A stretch of 64,000 nt of DNA from Laetmonice hystrix (lineage: Eukaryota): assembly GCA_965235115.1 (NCBI GenBank), contig OZ249437.1:16182001-16246000 (forward strand), read 5' to 3'. Under the pieces are notes generated by a model. That model searched no databases and had not been told where the DNA came from. It was given only the letters and a program-made list of their open reading frames with translations. A program made the translations under genes and the position numbers. This document shows, in pieces, positions 53,701 through 64,000 of this stretch. Each line of letters starts with the position of its first letter. Position 1 is the first letter of the stretch.

Positions 53701-56700
53701 GACCAATGAATTTCGACCCCAGCACATGCTGGAGGAACAGAGTTTCAATTTTTAATTCGTTTTTGAGTAGGCAGGGATTTTCAATTGTCAGTTGGTCTAA
53801 TTTATCTTGGTCTGCGAAACAGGGATGTGCCAACGCCAGGGGGCATGCCTGGCACCAATTTTAGCCGCCAGGCACAAAACTAAAATGGTTCAAGTGCTGC
53901 CCGGCAGGACTTTTTATTAGGCCTATAATCTGAAAAAAATAGCCCCCTACCCGCACCTGTTCTCTGTTGCCAACTGAAAATCTTGTGCCTTTGGTGCTAG
54001 CGCAAAACTACTGCCCGACACTCAATTTCTTCTGGGCACATCCCTGGTCATATTTTGATAAAACTTTATTCTAGCATTTAAGTCCAACTGTAATCCTTAA
54101 AACCATAAACCGGATCTTGCAGCAATGAAAAATGCAGTACAGTCTGGCAAGTTTTCCTGCATCCATGTCCAGTGATGTTCGAGCAAAATTTTGCAAAATT
54201 TATTGCTGAGATTTTCAGTGTATGTAAACGAGTCGTCATGTCCAGTTTATAGCAATCTCTGGGCTTGATTTTTCAGTGACAATTGACGAGTCAGAGTGTC
54301 TGTCAGGTCATGACCCAGTGCAGTCTCAGTCTGAATTACAAAATGGACTTTGGAAGTTTGCCCAAATTAAAGTCGAGTGAGAACTAGATAAGCCATGATT
54401 CTTGAGTGTCATTGAAAGTATTCCACAATTGAGATGACGCACTCTGAAAGATTTACAGTTGTTTTTATGTGCAATAGCAATAGGTGTCAGAGTTTTCTGC
54501 AGTTTCTTTTTTTTGGAGGGGGGGGGGGGGCGACTCCTCTAAAAAAAATCTGTTACTCCCCAAAAAGGTTGTATTTTAAAACTAAGTTATCCCCCTCCAA
54601 AGTCGGTCGAACCCTCTCCCTCTCCAGGGAGTCCTGAGTATATTTTATAAATGGAACCCTTAAACTAAAGGTTTACTAATAATATTCTTCTCAACATTTC
54701 CTTCAAATATCGTCGTCTGCATGGAATGGTGCCTCGGCCAGTGAAACAAGTGATGATGGTTTTACAAGAGTTTGTATTAGACTATAGCTGTGGCTACTCA
54801 TAATCTTTAGCCATGCATTTTTAGAATTTAAGAGGTATGAAGAGATTTAGTCCTGGTACTTTACTTTATTACTAATGAGTTGAATTCTTTAAGCTGCAGA
54901 TTAATTATTAAATGGAAATGTGATCCTGAACATAGTTTTTACAGTGAGCCAACCTGACTGCTGAAATATTCAGAAAGTTTGAACTTCTTTATGATAAGTT
55001 GAAGTCTAAAATGAAGTTGCTATAGTAATTTTTATATGTTTAATGCTGACCATTTTGTTTTTGCAGTAAAACTCCTGAAATTGCGGTTGTTTTCGGAGAG
55101 GTATGTTGTTTCGATGGGACAGATTTAGGGCATACTGGAGTTACATATTGTAGTTCTGAGAAAGGTTTTATATAGCCAGAATTTGATGGTGATTTGAGGG
55201 TTTATTACCAGGTTTACTATGAGAACTCATACAAATAATGTTACAAGCATAATTTGCAACTTACATTTTAAAAACAGAAAAGAAGAAAGTAAGAAACAAA
55301 CAAAACACTTTGTAGTATGTGTATATCTAGCCTTTGAATGATCTTTTTGTCAACCTCCATATCTTGTTAATTTATTGCCCTGAGTACTACACTCGGCACT
55401 GGTTACTAAATGAGCACTGACACAATGTAATCAAACATAAAAGACCTGACTCAGTCAGTAATATTTTTCAGAAAAAGGAGAAGAAGGACAAAGCAGCAGT
55501 GGATGCAGTATTTTTCAAGTGAGTATATATAGATTAATATTGTAATAAAATGTAGTTTATTCTTGGTTTGTACTGAACAAAGGGCTCAAGGCATAATTTA
55601 TTACTGGAAAAAAATACGTTGTGGCATAACCAACTGATTGTTTTTATACCATTGTCAGGTGGCAGGCACTGATTCAGGGTTCACTGAAGTGAAATTAGAA
55701 ATATGGAGTTGTTTGAACCTTTCAATCAGTTTATTCTTCGTTACAGGCGGTTATGGAGAATATTGCGAATTTTAGTTCCTGGGTGGTTCACATCAGAGGT
55801 GAGTTGATGGTCACTTTATAATACGTCCGTTACTCATTTTTCTTTATTAAGGAACAATTTGTTTATTTTGTTAAACAAAAGCAATTCCCTCTCTCCAATA
55901 TGTTATACATGTGTTACTGCTGGCAGGCCTGGTATATCCTACTGGTTGCTGGGGCCCTAACAGCAAGGACAGTGTGCGACGTTTGGATGATCCAAAATGG
56001 AACGCTCATTGAAAGGTACATCTCCAAGATTATAGATAATGAGAGGGTTAAGGTGACCACAGCACAGGGAAAAAATGATGGTGTGCTCAGTCAAGACACT
56101 GGTTAAAAGCCATATTGGATCATGGGGAAGATTTACTGTAGCACAGGGAAAACATATTTTAAAATTGTAATTTGCATGGTCACCTTGGAGCAGGGCATTT
56201 GAAATACCATTTTGGTTCATGTGTTTAAAGATATTTTGGTTCTGTACAAGTGTGAGGAGAAAAACACGCTTTCTATTTATCAAATATTACAAAATACAAA
56301 TTATTTTGAAGGAAGTCTCGTCCCAGGTTGCACCTGATAAATGTTGTCAGTCATTCTATGTTGTCCCTCTATTTTGCAGTGCTATCATTGGAAGGAATGT
56401 GGACCTCTTCAAGAAATACTTATTTAAATTTATATATGCAATGCCTATTGTAAGTATTTTATGATAATGCCTCAATCCTATTTACTGTCTGTAATGTAAT
56501 ATTGATAATAATAATATGGCAGTATATTATGTAGCTATTTATCTAGGTTACCGGCAGTTATTTAAATAGAATTTTTCCGTCATTGAGTTGGTATGGAAAA
56601 CCATGTGAAAGCGAGTTTTTTTTATCCTTGGGCAATAATTGTAATTCACATCTCTTTCAGATATCCATGGTGAATAACACAATGAAGGTATTTGTCATAT

Positions 56701-59700
56701 ATACATGTACATTATAAGCTACTCCATGAATATATTATTTTTTAATAAAAGCAGGGATGTGCCCACACCAGGCGGGCCTGCCCGGCCTTGCTTTTAGCTG
56801 CCCACCTGGCACAAAACTAAAAAGGTTCAAGTGCTGTGCAGCAGGAATTTTTATTAGGCCTATCATCTCAACATTACATGTATTATCTTTACATATTAAC
56901 TTGTCATACCGTCTCTTATTTATTCATACCACAGCGCTAACCAAACGGCCTCCACCTGCACCCCTTGCTAACTAAAAACCTTGCACCCTCGGTGCGAGCG
57001 CAAAACTACCACCCAGCACTCAATTTTTTCTGGGCATCTCCCTGTAAAAGCATATTCTAGAAGTATATAATTGAGTGAATATGTTGTTATTTAGACTGAA
57101 GTCATATTAACTGCATTAGCAATATAAGCAAGAAATGGTATCAATAGCATTTAATTTCAAAACAATATCTGGTACAATGGATCATGATAGGTTGATGAAA
57201 CATAAACATCTATTTTTCAGTACGGCCTCAATGAACTAAAACTCTGTTTCCGGACACGGCTCAATGACCACTTGTATAACAACTATCTCAGGTGAGAAAA
57301 TCAAAACATAATTACACTGTCAGAGGTCTCCACTGTGTGACCTAGTATAGGGATCGAAAACTAATTTAATTTCATTGATAAAAACATGAAACATGTTCCT
57401 CTGATTCTTTTTTTGGTTGAAGTACAGTATGCTTATCACTCTGATATTATTACAGGGGATTTACCTACTACAAAATGAGTAACCTCGATAACCGAATATC
57501 AAATGCCGACCAGCTGTTGACGCAAGATGTAGAGAAATTCTGTAACAGTGTGGGGGAACTCTATTCCAATCTTAGCAAGGTAAGCAGACTAATGTGTGGA
57601 GTTTGGGTATACTGATTACATGTACTTATTTCTGAACATTTTATGTGACTATTTCTAGATATGTAAGAATACCATCTTATTGGTAAATCGTTATTTGTGT
57701 TGATAACTTTAGGTGCACGTCATGATTTTAAAAGATCCCTCATTTTGTTTCAGCCTCTTCTCGACATATTTCTTTACTCCGTGAAGTTGGCTAGTGCTAT
57801 TGGAATCCAGGTAATGAATCGAGACATAGCTCTCCATCTCTCTCCCCAGTACAATGTATAGTTTAAGATAAAAGGAACGACTCAGGGAGGGGTATAGTTC
57901 TTTGAGTGTGTCTACTCAGCCGATTCACCAGTGAAAAAATACTTTATTGAAACAAAGAAGTATCCAGTAAGAGAGTTAACTAATGTGGTTATGAGCATGA
58001 CAATTTATGTCCAGAGAATAGTATTTCCGTGTATTTCTATAAATGGAGAGGGTCAGAGACTCAAGAGTCAAGGTTTACAATTGTGACCCTGAGTCAAGGT
58101 TTACAATTGTCACCTTGAACTTTCGTTACACAGGGGCCAGGATGGATGATTGCGTATTTGGTCGTGTCGGGGCTGATACTGACTCGGTGAGTTTTCAAAT
58201 CTTACTCCTTTGTCATGTACTCTACTTAGCTTTTTTTCAATGATTTTAATCTGTAAAACTTGTTCTGATTTTAGTAGAATTGATTGGTTTTTACGCAAGT
58301 GAAAAACATTTGCTATATGAAGCAACATTGACATTTTGCAGGCTCCGTCGACCCATAGGTCGAATGACGGTGAAAGAACAAAGACTCGAGGGAGAGTTTC
58401 GTTACGTGAACTCCAGGCTTATCACCAACAGGTTTGTGGAAACATTTGTTGTGTTTTCATATCGTGTTCTACTTATATTGGTAATGTCAGTACTGTGTAT
58501 GGAACCAGAAATAGTATGCCACTCAAGTACATTGACATAGAGAATAGATCTCTGGTGGTTTATAGTAGAAGTGTTATTGTTGTATAGACTAACAACTTTT
58601 TTATTAGTTGATAAACATTGTTTGCCAATGTTTCAGTGAAGAAGTTGCCTTCTACCAAGGTAACAGCAAGGAGAGAGACACGATTTTGGCAACATTCAAG
58701 AAATTAGTAAGTATAACGATTTTGAAAGGGAACGATGGGAAATTACTCAACAGTAATATATGTTGCTGGGTAATGCTAGCCTGTTTTATAAAGCAGGTTT
58801 TCAAGTCTGTTTTGGGGTTGATGCCTCAATATGTTTGAACAAATTCTTGTGGAACCAAATTGATGTCAATACCTCATCCTGTGTACAAGATATTGAAGTA
58901 TTTCGTGTAGGCGTTGTTGTAGGGACATGAAGTATAACCAAAGAATCAGTGCGTTTTACCTTGTATAATTTACGAAGAAGATATTAAAGTATTTCGTGTA
59001 GGCGTTGTTGTAGGGACATGAAGTATAACCAAAGAATCTGTGCGTTTTACCTTGTATAATTTACGAAGAAGATATTAAAGTATTTCGTGTAGGCGTTGTT
59101 GTAGGGACATGAAGTATAACCAAAGAATCAGTGCGTTTCACCTTGTATAATTTACGAAGAAGATATTAAAGTATTTCGTGTAGGCGTTGTTGTAGGGACA
59201 TGAAGTATAACCAAAGAATCAGTGCGTTTTACCTTGTATAATTTACGAAGAAGATGTTAAAGTATTTTGTGTAGGCGTTGTTGAGGGACATGAACTATAA
59301 CCAAAGAGTTGATGATTTTACACCTTGTATAATTTAGGTGGACCACCTGAGGACGTTCATCTTCTTCAGGTTTAACATGGGTATGGTCGACAACATTCTG
59401 GCTAAATGTAAGTGCACCTGCTCTCCGGGACTTTGTTAAAAAACAAACTACGATTCTCACCTATGGGATACTTTGTTGTTTTCTGCATGGTAAAGTTGAA
59501 TGTTACTGTAATTTTCTTTTCATCACTTTCTATAATGGTAGTCTATTAAGTGAGTTTCGTATATCGATATTTGTTTTTTTCTCAGACTTTGCCACAGTTG
59601 TGGGTTACCTGGTGGTGAGTAGGCCCTTCCTAAACCTGACCAACCAGCGCCATCTTCACAGCAGTCCAAGTGAGCTTCTCGAAGATTACTACCAGAGTGG

Positions 59701-62700
59701 CCGCATGTTGGTACGGATGGCCGAGGCCATCGGCCGAGTAGTCCTGGCTGGTCGCGAAATGACCAGACTCGCTGGGTGGGTTTAAGTTATTTCCAACATG
59801 AATCTTAAATTCATTATTTACAGACCATGATGTATGATGAAGGCATTGTCTGTCATTGTTACTTTTCATGACTGTATATCATCAACCATATATGTTTTCA
59901 GGTTCACGGCTCGGGTCACAGAGTTCATGAGTGTCCTTGAAGATCTCAACAAGGGTAAATACGAGCGAACCATGATCACAGCGGAAAACAAGCAAGGATC
60001 AGGTACATCAGTCTTAGGAGGGATGTTTTAAAACGAGGATGCCTTTTCAAATGATCCCTTGAAATTGCAATAACAAAATATGTTCATGAAAATGTAAGAT
60101 TCAAAAGGTTTATTTCAGCAGAAACTGTTTCCTTTCATTTAGGTTAAAATTTGATGGTTATATAGAGTGATATTGATACCTTGAAATCACCAACACGTTG
60201 TTAAGTTAGGGAGGTGGAATGAACGTTTAAAAGTTGGTGGTGTTCTTACAGCAGAAAGCAAGTCAAGTTCTGCACTCCAGCCAGGCACTGGTGTCATTGT
60301 AAAACAAGACCACATCATCAAGTATGTATTTTGTATCTTTCTATTATCATGTCATATCAGTGTAGTCTTTCCTACTCTATAGTTAGCTAACACAGTGTTA
60401 GCCAAATTCTTTCTGCTATCAGTAAACTGGGCCTTTAAGATTTTAAGATACTTATTGAACCTGAAATACAAAAATATATATTCATTTAGAGGGAAAAAAG
60501 TCAGAACATTGATTGTTAAAGATGATTAGGTTCTAAATGAAGTTTCTCAACTGTTCTAGATTTGAACATGTGCCACTGGTGACACCAAATGGAGATGTGC
60601 TCGTCCAGGAACTAAACTTTGAGGTAAGTTACATAAAACTATTTCCTAACTGGTACGATGGGAAGTAATAAAAATTATCACTGATTTTATTAAATCAAAA
60701 GTGATAAAACATGTAGCGATGTGCTGCTATTGATGTAAATGGTCCATACAGCAATTTCTTCTGATCACTTTAAAAGAAATGAGTGATTTCTGCAAGTATT
60801 CGGTGCTACAGATTGTGTTGTGTTTAGAAATGATATTATTATTTTCCATCCCCAGATCACTTGCATGCAGAGTGGAGTGAATTGGTTGTATTCTCAGGTA
60901 ATATATACATGTAATTGTACTAATTGTAGTACTGTAATCAGGTAATATTCTCCACCACAGGTTTCATCTGGGAAGAATGTCTTGGTGTGTGGACCAAACG
61001 GATGTGGTAAAAGTTCTCTGTTCAGAATACTTGGAGAGGTAAGTCAGAGTTTCATATGATCTTTATGTTGCATACTAAAACACTATTTGGCACACTGGTT
61101 GCACTATTTGGCACACAGGCTTGCCTTCACACATGGTCCAGCTATTTCAGTATCCTCGATACCCTTGCACAAGTCGAAGTTGTTAATACTAGTGGTGGAT
61201 GAACAAACTACAGAATCAATTTGATTCATGGATTGACAGAGCCGAATAGTGATTGGTCAGAAACAAATTGATTGTGTTCATTTTCATACTCCGCTCTGCA
61301 TCTTTCCAATGTCTCATTGCAGCTGTGGCCACTCTTCGGAGGAACAATGACAAAACCAGACAGCAGAGAACTTTTCTACATTCCACAGGTAAAATTGATT
61401 AACTGTTTACTGTTAATATATTTCATAAAAAGGAATGAAATATTCTGAAACATGTGTCCAAACATATTTGAGAGACTGTGAATTTGTATTTGATATTACA
61501 GCGGCCTTACATGACACTGGGTACATTGCGGGAACAAGTCATCTACCCACACAACAAGACTGAGATGTTGAAGAAAGGGTTCAGTGATACTAAACTACAG
61601 GACATTCTAGAAAAGGTTAACATTCTATAGAAACCAGTGTAATTTACTCAGATTGATCAGTAGATGCTTTCAGTTAGATGTACGGTAACCTGGTACTGAA
61701 AGTTTCATTATTATTTTCTCTCAACATAATGAGTTTTGACGGTGTAGCATATTAAACGGATATTGATATTTTCCTTACACAGGTCCAGTTGTCCTACATC
61801 CTGGAGCGGGAGGGAGGATGGGATGCTGTACAGGTAACATGAATTGTCTGCTAAGACTACAAAGCTGTATTAAGTTAAACTATATGAAGATAAATTACCA
61901 GTACTATTTGAAATGTGGAATGGCAGCTTGTAGAAGGAAATAAAGGGAAAATAGTGATGTTTTGAAATATAGCCTACTTTATTTGTATTTTATTTTCAGG
62001 ACTGGATGGATGTCCTGAGTGGGGGTGAAAAACAGAGAATTGCTGTAAGTTATTTGGGAATAATGTCGGGTTGTTAGCAGAGAGTTAGAATTGTAATTCA
62101 TTGCAGGCAGTATGTTATGTGTGTCAGCTTGTTAGCATAGAGTTAGAATAATGTCAGCTTGTTAGCATAGTGTTAGGATTGTAATTCATTTCTGGAAGTA
62201 TGTTATGCGTGTCAGCTTGTTAGCATAGAGTTAGAATTGTAATTCATTGCAGGCAGTATGTTATGTGTGTCAGGTTGTTAGCATAGAGTTGGGATTGTAA
62301 TTCATTGCCGGCAGTATGTTATGTGTGTCAGCTTGTTAGAATAGAGTTAGAATTGTAATTCATTGCTGGAAGTATGTTATGTGTGTCAGCTTGTTAAGAT
62401 AGAGTTAGGATTGTAATTCATTGCTGGCAGTATGTTATGTGTGTCAGCTTGTTAGAATAGAGTTAGAATTGTAATTCATTGCTGGAAGTATGTTATGTGT
62501 GTCAGGTTGTTAGCATAGAGTTAGAATTGTGATTCATTGCTGGCAGTATGTTATGTGTGTCAGCTTGTTAGCATAGAGTCAGTTAGGATTGTAATTCATT
62601 GCCGGCAGTATGTTGTGTGTCAGCTTGTTAGCATAGAGTTAGAATTGTGATTTATTACTGGCAGTATGTTATGTGTGTCAGCTTGTTAGCATAGAGTTAG

Positions 62701-63485
62701 AATAATGTCAGCTTGTTAGCATAGAGTTAGGATTGTAATTCATTGCTGGCAGTATGTTATGTGTGTCAGGTTGTTAGCATAGAGTTATAATTATACTTTA
62801 TTGCTCGAAGTATGTGATGTAATGTCTGTGCAAGTTTATGTGAGCTTTCTTGCAATGTTAGTGCCCATGATGGAATGACCGAATGATAAAACTGATATCT
62901 TGTTTCCAGATGTCACGACTTTTTTACCATCGTCCCCAGTTTGCCATCCTTGATGAGTGTACGAGTGCTGTCAGTGTTGACGTTGAAGGTTTCATGTACC
63001 AACATTGTCGTCAGGTAAGTTCCACACAGTGGTCTCTTACATACGATACGTGTCATCTTGCTGATGTACTTTTCTTCTGTCATTTAACAGATTTAATATG
63101 CATATCTTAAACACATCAATTGTCATTTTTATAGGTTGGCATCACACTGTTCACCGTGTCTCATCGCAAGTCCTTGTGGAAACACCATGAGGTAGGGTTC
63201 AGTCAGTTTGGTCAGAGTCAGAGAGATTACTTGAAGTGCACATCATCAGCTGAAATAATAAATATGACAGAATTAGTTTCTGTAATTTTAATTTTTCAAA
63301 TATTTAGGTATGTGTTTTTTTCTAATCCACATTCCCTTTCTGACAGTACTGAAAGTGTCACTGTACAATTAAGTGTTGATCACAAGATGTTGATGCTGTC
63401 ATTGCAGTACTACCTGTCAATGGATGGACGGGGATCGTTTGAGTTCAAACCCATCACACCTGAGACGATTGAATTTGGATCGTAA
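50712..63485 (+). CDS. ABCD3: Peroxisomal ABC half-transporter PMP70; about 26 exons
   Basis: Starts MAAFSK (50712-50830). Further exons: 55067-55100, 55471-55518, 55747-55798, 55927-56015 ([13 protein letters not shown]), 56380-56449, 56661-56687, 57221-57291, 57456-57579, 57754-57810, 58134-58186, 58342-58431 ([14 protein letters not shown]), 58637-58706 (EEVAFY, EAA-like motif), 59338-59407, 59586-59775, 59902-60002, 60252-60320, 60560-60623, 60961-61038 (Walker A GPNGCGKS), 61323-61388, 61502-61615, 61783-61833, 62000-62044 (LSGGEKQR), 62910-63014 (ILDECTSA), 63135-63191, 63408-63485 (EFGS*). Confidence 0.97.
51625..51910. repeat. Inverted repeat with one arm tandemly expanded (MITE-like) in ABCD3 intron 1
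   Basis: AAACGGTGTTCTGGAAGACACCGTTTAGAAACTGAACTAGGC pairs with GCCTAGTTCAGTTTCTAAACGGTGTCTTCCAGAAC, and the latter is repeated about 3 times. Confidence 0.7.
53080..53594. mobile_element. CAGGG-ended MITE with 6-bp TSD (family of 7479-7915)
   Basis: CAGGGGTTGAAAAAT...ATTTTTGGAGCCCTG; TTTATG on both flanks. Confidence 0.75.
53820..54046. mobile_element. CAGGGATGTGCC MITE (family of 56752-57044)
   Basis: TIR CAGGGATGTGCC / GGCACATCCCTG; the interior is similar to 56752-57044; no TSD is retained. Confidence 0.7.
56752..57044. mobile_element. CAGGGATGTGCC MITE with 6-bp TSD
   Basis: CAGGGATGTGCCC...GGGCATCTCCCTG; TAAAAG on both flanks. Confidence 0.75.
58890..59335. repeat. 91-bp tandem repeat (about 5 copies) in an ABCD3 intron
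   Basis: Unit AAGTATTTCGTGTAGGCGTTGTTGTAGGGACATGAAGTATAACCAAAGAATCAGTGCGTTTTACCTTGTATAATTTACGAAGAAGATATT recurs with a 91-bp period. Confidence 0.93.
62068..62810. repeat. About 58-bp minisatellite (about 12 copies, some truncated) in an ABCD3 intron
   Basis: CAGCTTGTTAGCATAGAGTTAGAATTGTAATTCATTGCTGGCAGTATGTTATGTGTGT units. Confidence 0.95.
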
Positions 63486-64000
63486 TAATCAACACTAATC
63501 CTACCGTAGTAATGTTTGAAGACTGGCAGTGCCCAGTCCACTCCATGGCATAGTATATTTTCATTGCATGAAAAGATGTAATCTGGGTATAACAAGCCAA
63601 GCTTGGTGGAAATATTTAATGTCAATGTTTCTGAATGATGATTTTACAATTGTGAATTATGACATTACTGTATCCTGTCTGAAAATAATGTACGGTACCA
63701 ATCGATAGGCATATATATGAGATATTTAGGTAATGCCATGAATGCCTTTTATATAGGTATAAAATAATATATGATCCTGAGGCTGTGAAATAAACATTTT
63801 ATATTGTAGTTGCCAGCCAGTGTTTGTGTATATAAGATTACGGACACATGGTGGGTGGTATCTGCAGGTCTCCATGATATCATGGATATTTGTAGCAAAC
63901 ATTGGCTGCTGAAAAATCAATATTTCCAGTTACAAAGTTGACATCAGTAAACTGAATGCCTGCAGGTTCCCTCCTTTATAACTTGGGAATAAATAACGGT

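Noticed and set aside
55997-56011. 15-nt identity (AATGGAACGCTCATT) between WLS microexon 2 and the ABCD3 NGTLIE exon, suggesting exon capture
   Set aside because: A 15-mer match somewhere in 64 kb on either strand is expected by chance (a few such pairs). The ABCD3 motif is an old conserved sequence and the flanks do not align.

Overview
This is eukaryotic (animal, probably invertebrate bilaterian) genomic DNA with spliced genes, not prokaryotic sequence. The species cannot be named from the sequence alone. I assembled exon chains by hand using GT-AG boundaries, reading-frame continuity and remembered vertebrate orthologue sequences; no searches were run. Gene order: a truncated unknown ORF (-), a MADF/BESS-type gene (-), SYCE2 (-), WLS/Wntless (+), ARMH1 (-), TMEM53 (+), SELENBP1/methanethiol oxidase (-), ABCD3/PMP70 (+). 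Introns and intergenic DNA carry MITE-like elements, a tRNA-derived SINE and several minisatellites. Most ORF-track entries are antisense shadows, intron read-through or repeat translations. The main unusual signals concern splicing: (1) three paralogous frame-preserving microexons in WLS, each encoding an N-G-T glycosylation sequon; (2) two minisatellites in SELENBP1 that amplify an exon end plus its 5' splice site, one giving in-frame +17-aa steps and one guarded by a stop codon; (3) a TT in place of GT at one SELENBP1 donor; (4) two U12-type introns in neighbouring genes; (5) a head-to-head ARMH1-TMEM53 pair, as I recall in human.
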